A program made the position numbers and the translations under genes. The notes beneath the pieces are model-generated. The model saw only the letters and a list, made by a program, of their open reading frames with translations. It made no database searches and was not told where the DNA came from. A stretch of DNA of 43,717 nt, from the NCBI RefSeq assembly GCF_006345805.1, contig NW_021835424.1:1-43717 (forward strand), in the 5' to 3' direction. Of this stretch, positions 34,599-43,717 are shown piece after piece; position 1 is the stretch's first letter; every line of letters starts with the position of its first letter. This DNA is from Octopus sinensis. Taxonomy: Eukaryota.

Positions 34599-35172
34599 CA
34601 GAGAGAGAGAAAGGGAGATTGACTGAGTGAGTGATTGATAGATACATATAGGGAGATAGAGATAAATAGATAGATAGAAAGAGATAGATTGATGGGATTC
34701 TGGTTTCTGCATCCCATATAACTCCTTATAACTTTTATATATTTTAGAATGTTCAGAAAACTTTTGCGAAGTTGTGTTCTTTGCTAAAAGCAAAATTTGT
34801 GTCCGATTTAAGTGCGATTTATCTGTTGTTTTTTAGCACATCCCACAACCATCTGATACCTTACTCGTTTCTTTGTCAAACATGTATTGATGTTTTTCAA
34901 TATTTTCTCCCCCAAAACACATTTAATGGAATGATGCTGCACTCAAGGATGGTCCAATGTTGGAATTTAAAGAAAAAAATTCTGGATATTCCTATTCTAA
35001 ACTCTGATCTTTAAAAATACCCGAAAACGAGTGGCCCTTTTAGGATTTACGGGGTGGGTTGAAAAAAGTAAACATTTTTCATAATCGTATTTCAAAGAAA
35101 TACAAAAGTGAGGGGGTTATATTGGGTTCTTCAACCAGAACTCTACCGATTGAGTGAGTGATGGAGTGATTG

Positions 35173-35236
<64 letters not shown>

Positions 35237-35249
35237 CTGATAGAGAGAG

Positions 35250-35382
35250 AGAGAAGAGAGGGAGGGAGAGAGAGGGGGAAATAGAGACGGATAGAGAGAG
35301 ATAGAAAGATAGATAGGCAGACAGATATAGAGAATGAGGGAAAGAGAGAGAATGGGAAATAGAGACGGATGAAGATATAGAT

Positions 35383-35413
<31 letters not shown>

Positions 35414-35935
35414 AAGTGAGAGATCTGGAAAGATGAGGGGGGAAATAGAGACGGATAAAGAGAGATAGAAATATAGATAGACAGACAAATACATAGAGAG
35501 GGGGAGGGAAAGAGAGAGAGGGGGAATAGAGACGGATTGAGAGATAGATAGAAAGATAGATAAAGGGAGAAAGAGAGGGAGAGAGAGAGGGGAGATAGAG
35601 TGAAAAAAAGAGAGGGGAAATGGAGACGGATAGAGAGATAGATAGAAAGATAGAGAGAGAGAGAAAGGGTGAAAGAGAGAGAATGAAAAAGTGGGAGAGA
35701 AAGAGAAGGAGAGAGAGGAGGTAATAGAGACGGTTAGAAAGATAGATAGAAAGATAGAGAGAGAGAGATAAAGGGAAAGAGGGGGAGAGAGGGGGAATAG
35801 AAACGGATATAGAGAAAGATAGAGACAGAGAGAAAGGGAGAAAGAGAGGGAGTAAAAGAGAGGAAGAAATAGAGACGGATAGAAAGATAGATAGACTGAT
35901 AGATAGAAAGAGAAAGAGAGAGAGAGAGAGAGAGC
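35250..35935. repeat. GA-rich minisatellite, ~80-bp period, about 8 units
   Basis: gaaatagagacggatag recurs near 35278, 35356, 35441, 35524, 35617, 35722, 35795 and 35866. Confidence 0.85.
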
Positions 35936-36372
35936 AATCAATTCCAGGAGCTCCCTTCGATGTAATGGCCATTAACTAAAACATTACCCCAGCACAAACC
36001 CTATCACCCCTACCCTCACACCAACCCAGCATATCACTGTTCTCCTTCAGCTCCTCTCTCCTTCTCCCCCCTCTCTCTCTCTCGCTCTCTTTCTCTCCAG
36101 TCGCCTTTGTCTGCCGTTCCTTTAATATGATCCTACCGCGTCACGGCTGCTGATTTCCGCCTCCTCTTCCTACTACTCCTCATCTTTTTCTTCTTCCTTC
36201 CCCCCCTCTCGTTCCTTTACTCTCTATTACTACTACTACTACTACTGATGCTGTGGGTGTTGTTGCTGTTGTAACTATTGTTGCCTGATCCCAACTGACA
36301 TTGGTGCTAAAATAGTAGTAGTAGTAGTAGTAGTAGTAGTATCATCAGCAACATAATCATCGTCATAATCAT

Positions 36373-36426
<54 letters not shown>

Positions 36427-36669
36427 TAGTAGTAGATTTATTGTTGCTAGCGACGTTTAGCTCCAGGTCAACACGGATTGAGCAGACACACTACAATGAA
36501 AAGCTTTCCAATCGTGACCATCCCGTCTTTATTTAAAGGCGAGAGACTGGTGTATCTGCAACTACGCGGTTCACATTTTTCTTTTCAGAGTGTCTTAAAG
36601 GCATTTTGGCTGTTATATCCAGTAGATTGAGAGACCATACATGGGTGCCCTTCTCGGCTGTTACCACAA

Positions 36670-36723
<54 letters not shown>

Positions 36724-37024
36724 CTGGGTGCCACTCTATCTGCTGGAGATAGTAGTTGAATTTCCCTCTCCCTTAAAGGCGGATTAATATATAAGATAAC
36801 CTGACCTGCTTTCTTAACTTTCTTCTCAAAATGAAATGCAAACTTGTTAATAACATGTGTTTCTTTTTATTAATGAATTTATTTTTTTAAATTGTGTTGA
36901 CCCAGTCTATAACCTGGGTGCGTTTGGCTCTTATAAGCTATAAAGAGTTCGGTTGGGCACTGGGTGTGTTTTGTCAGCGTGGGTGCATATGTTTCAGTGC
37001 TGTTCTGTCGTGGGTGTGGTTGCG

Positions 37025-38232
37025 TTTCAAGATGGGAAAGAAACATGCTTCTTTGATCTTAATTGATATATTTAGTAAAGATAATATTTCATCTCATTAA
37101 TGGTGACATGAACTCATCTATTTGGCAAATTGTTCATCCCCCGGGCGTAAAATACTTCAAGTTTCGAATTAAAGAAACACTCAATGTCATTTTTAACCAT
37201 TTCACAATAAATAAGCTGTTTTCTCTCTAAATAATGTTGTAATCATCTGAACAAATGAGTCAGATGGAGTAACGTCAGGGAGAGTAAGCAGGGTGAGGCA
37301 AAGCTTCCATATATAAGAGCCGTAATATTTTCCTGAGTGACTTGCATTATCGTGTAAGAGCAACTATCCTTTACGATTAACCTATGATGACTGCCATATT
37401 TTGTGCAATGTTTCCAATAGCAACAAGTCGCTGCATTAACTGTTTCGATTTCGTTTAACATTTCATGATAATCGACAACTTTCATGAAAACCTTCATCTT
37501 CCGCCAAATAAGAGCATAACCTTTTTTCGGGTGCCTTTTTGATTCGGGGACGAATTCTTCTTGTTCAATGTCGTTTTAGTTGGATATGATTATAGAAAAC
37601 CCACTTTTCATTGCATTGAGTGATTCTAACCAGAAAAAGATCCGTTAGCTAGTTTTCTCTTCAATGGCGAGTTGGGGGCAAATCATTTATTAAGCTGAGA
37701 AGTAGTCAGATGATGAGAAAACAACTGAACAAGTTTAAGATATTTTCCTTGTTCATTGAAGATGTTTAACGACTAAAGGTGACTTGAATCGTTTTGATAA
37801 TTCGCGAGCAGTTTGTTTTGGATTTTCCTCAACTACAGTATTCAGAAACTCAGTATTAACTGAACTTGATGGTCCTGATCCAATGGAGGATCTGTGAGAT
37901 AAAGATTTCTCAAGCGAAACTAGTCAAAACCATCACTGGCATGTCCGGAAGCTTAATTTCCATAGACAGAACGAATAATTCTTGTCGCTTCCATTGCTGA
38001 AGAACCCGTTTTGAATTCATAAAGCATGCAGGATTTCACATGACATTGATTTAAATCCATTTTAAAATGGGAAAATCGATAGGAATTTAATTACAATGGT
38101 ATGAAGTAATCTGTAAGAAAAATAAACATTAAAATATAAAAATTAATGTTTATTTTACAGTAAGTATTGAAAACGTACCTTCAAAGAGATCGTGTAAAAA
38201 ACACGTGACAGAACTTGCTTTCCACCTTGATA
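37025..38232 (-). mobile_element. Old mariner element, lineage distinct from 4553-5844
   Basis: Imperfect TIRs (tttcaagatgggaaagaaa vs reverse complement tatcaaggtggaaagcaa) around a decayed transposase; ~1.2 kb. Confidence 0.75.
37085..38060 (-). pseudogene. Heavily decayed mariner transposase
   Basis: MDLNQCHVKSCMLYEFKTGSSAMEATRII.SVYG, RITQCNEKWVFYN, KKVML, LLLHDNA, HPAYSPDVTPSD, FYARGMNNLPNR; many stops and frameshifts. Confidence 0.85.
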
Positions 38233-39134
38233 CTAATCGATTGATTAGTATTAGTACCGTTATTAACAAACCATAGAATAAATACTAAACTAAATTTCCC
38301 CCACAAACCCAGCAGCCTACAAAAACACCCATACGACGTAGACTGTACGCAACGAAGAACCAAATGCGCCCTGGTTACAGAATATACGATATAAGCAAAA
38401 TTTATTTTTAAAAATCATAAAACAGAACCCAATATGATTCACACCTAACCAAAAACTCACTGTTAGAATATTTTACAAAATTACCAGAATGGAAAACTTT
38501 CTCATTAAGATAAAAACGCAACCCAACAAGTCACAGAACGTATTTCGTGCTGCCAATTGGCAAAATCGTTAAAGGCTCAGGCAGATTATATAGCGGTGTT
38601 TACTTCGATTCTCTGCGATCTGATTTCAAATTCTGATCAAGGCAACTTTACCATTCATCCTTTCGAGGTCGATAAAAACGAATCAATCCAAAGTTGTGGA
38701 TTAGCGGAAGTATATAACCGTCTGACTGGATGATTGTGGTATTTATCTAGACGATGTTGTCTTAGAGTTTAAGTCTAGTCATGGCTTATTTGATTAAAAG
38801 AATATATCTGTTGTCTGATTTAGCATCTGGCATCTCCTTGGATAACTTTAGCGGAGTCCACTTTGTTGCAATCATTCAGGCCATGTCTCCCATTTGATGA
38901 TACCCTACTACGTCACACCAGCTTCAGAAGCACAATAAAGGATCGTCAATATCATTTTCTCTCCGAAAGATATGAAAAAAGCACACACACACACACAAAT
39001 ACAAATAAAAAATCGCAAACTGCAACATTGGTCATACAGCTACAACATTCACCTATCGCTAAACTATGCACTTAGAAGGATCCGTCGCAACACATTACAA
39101 TGTAATATATACAACAAAATTGGATAGAAAAAAT

Positions 39135-39475
39135 ATTTGTTGGGTGTGTGGTTAGAAGCTTGATTTCCAACTACACTGTTCCAGGTTCAGTCCCACTGCG
39201 TGGTACCTTGGGCATATGTCTTCTACTAATATCCTCGGGCCGACCAAAGCCTTGTGAGTGGATTTGGTAGACAGAAACTGAAAGAAACCCGTCGTATGTG
39301 TGTGTGTGTTTGTGTCCCCACCCCATCGCTTGACAACCGATGCTGGTGTGTTTACGTCCCCACAACTTAGCAGTTCAGCAAAAGAGACCGATAGAATAAG
39401 TACTAGGATTACAAAGAAAAGGCGGTGCTCCTGCATGGCCGCAGTCAAATGACTGAAGCAAATAAAGAAAAAGAA
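39135..39475 (+). mobile_element. SINE-B with short internal (TG)n
   Basis: Complete block order and tail ggcggtgctcctgcatggccgcagtcaaatgactgaagc. Confidence 0.9.
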
Positions 39476-39769
39476 AAGAAAAACCCTACAGATCTATACA
39501 GAATTTCACGAAAATTGAAAGAGAAGGATTTACCAACACAAAATATAATCCAAAAATCAACAGAGAGATATAATACGCACTGAATTAACTCTGGAAGCTA
39601 TCGCTTAATACCTATTAATCCGGTCTTGATAAATTATAAATCTCCAGCTTGTTGAGGATCGTCTGAGACTGTACGCAAAGCGCGTAAAGACGCAACACTC
39701 CACAATCAGAATTTTAATGGATTTGTGAATTCAAGAATGTCAATGATGTAATGAACTGATAAGAAAGAT

Positions 39770-40410
39770 ATGACTGTGTAGTTAGGAAATTCGCTTGGCA
39801 ACCACGAGGTTTCGGGTTCAGTCCTGTTGTGCACCGCCTCGAGTTAGTGTCTGCTACGATGGTATTGGGCCCAATGCTTTGTGAGTGAGTTTGAAGGAAT
39901 GAAAATGGGTAGAAACTCGTCATGTGTGTGTGTGTGCGCGCGCGCGCGTGTGTGTATGTTTATGTGTGTGTGTGTTTATGTGTGTGTGTGTTTATGTGTG
40001 TGTGTGTTTATGTGTGTGTGTGTTTATGTGTGTGTGTGTGTGTGTGTGGAGAGAGGGAGAGAGATAAATAGATAGATAATAGATAGATAAATAGATAGAT
40101 AAATAGATAGATAAATAGGTAGATAATAGATAGATAATAAGATAGATAATACGATAGATATGTATGTATAGACATATATACATATATGTATGAATGTGTC
40201 TTTATGTTTGTCCCGCACCACCACCACTTGACAACGAGTGTTGGTTTGTTTACCTCCACGTAACTTAGCAGCTCAGCAACAGACTCAGATAAGCAAAGTT
40301 CCAGTCTGAAAATAAATAAATAAATGCTTGTGTCGATTTGTTCCACTAAAACTTATGAAAACGATGCCCCAGAATGACCGTAGTCCAATAACTGAAACAA
40401 GCGAAAGATA
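39770..40410 (+). mobile_element. SINE-B with the internal microsatellite expanded to ~280 bp of (TG)/(GA)/(AGAT)/(TA)
   Basis: Left half 39770-39920 and right half 40200-40410 flank the expansion. Confidence 0.7.
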
Positions 40411-40481
40411 AATGATGTTTTGTTACAATGGGGAAAAATATGAAAACGAGTCGAAGCAAAATTGAGGACATATTTGCCGAA

Positions 40482-40541
<60 letters not shown>

Positions 40542-40736
40542 CTGAGTGAGTGAGTGAGTGACGAAGAGAGAGGGTGATGGAAGAAAGATTTGAGGTGATG
40601 GTGTTGAAGGTGTGTGGTCGGGAGCGTTTCACGTTTCGCTATTTCACGACTGGGGACTCGGAATGGTTAAATGGTGGTGTTGTGTTATGGGGTACATCAG
40701 GAAATATATATGTATATATATGTATGTATTTGTACG

Positions 40737-40774
<38 letters not shown>

Positions 40775-40789
40775 CTTTTACTCCTTTAC

Positions 40790-40874
40790 TCTTTTACTTG
40801 TTTCAGTCATATGACTGCGGCCATGCTGGAGCACCGCCTTTAGTCGAGCAAATCGACCCCGGGACTTATTCTTT
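40790..40874 (-). mobile_element. SINE-B 3' tail, truncated next to Helitron copy 2
   Basis: cttttacttgtttcagtcatatgactgcggccatgctggagcaccgcctttagtcgagcaaatcgacccc. Confidence 0.85.
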
Positions 40875-40883
40875 ATATATATA

Positions 40884-41944
40884 CTAGCATTATGACCCGT
40901 CGTTGCCGGGTCATAGTGCTAGTGCATGTATATATGTGTATATATATATATGTGTACATATTACATGTAAATCTATATATATACATCTGCACATAAAATA
41001 CAAAATACAAAGTTATATCTTGATATCGCTAGTGATAACAATACTCAAAATATATAACAGACTGGAATTGTAAGCCCGTCTCTTGCAATTTCGATCAATT
41101 GTATCTTGTCCTCCCTCTTGTATAGAAGTGTGGCTACAATCCAGCCTACCTCAACTTCTGGGGTGGGGGGACATTTTTAATTTTTTTCCGGCACATCCTA
41201 CGTTCCAGATATAAAGGTAAAAATAAAATATTTCTAATTTGCAAGTTCGAGTCGAGTACTCCCTTGCACGCTCCGTTGACTCGATCCTTGCTTCTATTGT
41301 AGCGAATTTACCGCCTCTGTTTAGATATCTTTCATAGTCGCACCAAGACACTTTTCGATGGTGCTTTCCTCCAGGTGTTCAAATATTCTTTTTTCTCTAC
41401 ATTGTATACTTTATAGACAATAGTCTTTTCTTTAATTTAATTTTTTATTATCCATCTGGACTATTCCATTTCTGCACGCTAATTTTATTTTTAATTTATT
41501 CCCATTCATGGGAAACCACTTATTCCAGTTCAAGTCATTGATGCAATTTTATACCAATTGCTATTTTTACTTTTGTTATGTTACGATTATATTATACTTT
41601 AGTTTGATTTTAATTATTACTTACTACATATTAATTCAATTGTTATTATATTTTATTGTTAAAGTGAAAGTAATCTGACATAAAATAGAGAAATATTTTT
41701 GTTTCACTTTTAACACGTAATACTGAAATAGTGGAGAAGATATGATATTGCTATGGGCTCGCTCATTTTTTTGTCCATGAAACTACATGGACTCTAAGTA
41801 AGGCATGTGTAAAATTTGAATGAAATTGGTTGTGTAGTTCTCAAGTTTTAGGGAATCGTAATGAGAAGATATGATATTGCTGTGGGCTCGCCCTAGGCAA
41901 AAAGTTAAAAAATTTTTTTTTGCCGATGACACTCCCGACGCCTA

Positions 41945-41950
<6 letters not shown>
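40884..41950 (-). mobile_element. Non-autonomous Helitron, copy 2, with a different 5' end
   Basis: Identical 3' hairpin plus CTAG|T; body alignable to 1977-2950; short deletion near 41765, duplicated block at 41863-41930, and a new 5' leader. Confidence 0.8.
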
Positions 41951-41996
<46 letters not shown>

Positions 41997-42048
41997 ATAT
42001 ATTATATATATATATAATATATATATATATTATATTTATTTATATATA

Positions 42049-42081
<33 letters not shown>

Positions 42082-43320
42082 ATATATATATATTATTCTA
42101 TATAATATACAATAGATATATATTATATTATTATTTATTTTATTATTTTTTTTTTTAATATAACTATCAAAAAGTATTAAAAGTTAATATAAGATAAAGA
42201 GTAAAACCACTACGATCGTTTCATGCCCATTAACCAATTCGAATAACAATAATTTATATATATATAAATTTAAAAAATTTATAAGTATAAATTATTAATT
42301 TAAATAATTTTTAAAATTTAAACTTTAATTTAAATATTTTTAAATTTTTAATTTTATATTTTTTAAGAAATAAATAAAATAGTAATGTTTTCTATAAAAA
42401 ACTCTATTATCAACTAGAATTTAAATAGAACGATTATGATTATGTCATACAATCGATTATAATGTTAAATATTAATTTTAATTTTTAAGTATTAATTTTT
42501 AAGGTAAGAAACCCAAAAATAATCTAATATCAGTTATAGTCAATATCTAGTTACATAAATATTTTACAAAAAAAAGAAAGAAAAAAAAGAAAGACTATTC
42601 ATATTATTAAAAATATAATATTCGAATAATATATAAATTATCAATGAAAATATATAAATGTATATAATATTAGAATTAAGATCTAAAATTATCTCTATAA
42701 ATAAATATATATGCACGTATAATAGAGACCTAATAAATTAATTATTCATTATTACTAATAATAATAGAATATTTAAGATGAAATAGCTAATTGCAAAAAA
42801 ACAAACAAACAATCTTAAACGAACGCTATAGCAAATTAACTATCTATATATCTCGTTAGCTAACTAATAACTTTCAAAAGTCGTATAGTTAAAATAAAAT
42901 AATATAAAATACTTAATGAAATAACCAATTCGTAGTTATATAGTATCAAATAAATACTATAAATATATTAATCAATGGGAAGAATATTACTACCAATTAT
43001 AGATTTAGAAATACAATATGTAAGTTATAATAATAATTATATAGTTATTTAAGACTAAAATTAATGCTATCAATACATGTATATACATGAAACCTAACTT
43101 TAAACAACTCGTATAATTGTTAACAAACAATATATCTCTATGGCTAAGTAAAGTCTTACGAATAAACGTAAAGTTAATATCTAATAATTATATAGAAAAC
43201 ATTACGATAATTAGATCATTACATAAACATTAATATTTACATAAAAAAACAATAATATAATACCATAAGACTTATAAAATATTTAAATTTTGAAATTTAA
43301 AAATCTTAAAAATATACTTA
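41951..43320. other. Extremely A/T-rich non-tandem tract, possibly low-quality consensus
   Basis: G and C are sparse and SINE or other repeat remnants are essentially absent, unlike the rest of the window. Confidence 0.5.
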
Positions 43321-43392
43321 GTTTAGCGAGGTTTTGTGATGAACATATATGTATATGTATGTTTATGTTTATAAATGCATGTATATGTATAC

Positions 43393-43423
<31 letters not shown>

Positions 43424-43717
43424 AATGAAAGCATGTATGTATGTGCAAGTATATGTGTGTATGTTTGTATGAATATACATAAGTATGTCTGTCTGTTTAT
43501 ATGTATGTATACGTGTGTATGTATATGTGTACGTGTGTATGTATGTATGTGTGTATATCAACTATGTATTTGTATGTGTATGTGTGTGTATATGTGGCTG
43601 CGTACATACATACAGAAACAGACTCACACAAGCACATATATCTACGTATATATTCATCCCTGCCAGTATTCATAGATGTGTACTGGTTTGTGGTAGGGAG
43701 GGGGAGTGGTTGTACGT

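Noticed and set aside
35047-35110. tacggggtgggttgaaaaaagt mariner-like terminus (a similar one at 19357)
   Set aside because: No partner TIR or transposase remnant was found, and it is too short to call.
41951-43320. Mitochondrial control region or NUMT
   Set aside because: No mitochondrial tRNA, rRNA or protein sequence is recognisable nearby.
410-43675. Dozens of ORFs rich in YI, HT, CV, LS or MYVC repeats
   Set aside because: These are translations of (TA)n, (CA)n, (CT)n and (ACAT)n microsatellites and have no protein-like content.

Overview
AT-rich, microsatellite-dense animal genomic DNA. It is most likely an octopod cephalopod, inferred from recalled SINE families and repeat style, not from a database search. 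No intact host gene is recognisable and almost all ORFs in the track are microsatellite artefacts. Class I/II element content: (i) about 30 copies or fragments of two tRNA-derived SINE families, here called SINE-A and SINE-B, plus a third CORE-like family; (ii) a 1.8-kb 5'-truncated CR1-clade LINE (8560-10380) and a 3' fragment of a sister lineage (24037-24332); (iii) an RTE LINE 3' end (27381-27904); (iv) two mariner transposons, one with near-perfect TIRs (4553-5844) and one old (37025-38232); (v) two related non-autonomous Helitrons (1977-3013, 40884-41950); (vi) two adjacent long-arm foldback elements, plus hAT-like and pogo-like MITEs; (vii) a frameshifted Penelope-like GIY-YIG remnant that the ORF track misses. 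The most notable signal is a set of minimal type I hammerhead ribozyme motifs in small non-coding repeats. One (10792-10834, minus) has all stems formed and a U3-A8 covariant core inside a 365-nt unit with terminal direct repeats. Another is a tandem pair about 220 nt apart (25911-26276). Both resemble retrozymes or Penelope-derived circular-RNA elements. Also notable: the CR1 LINE and SINE-B share a 3' tail whose hairpin shows compensatory changes. All motif calls were made by eye.
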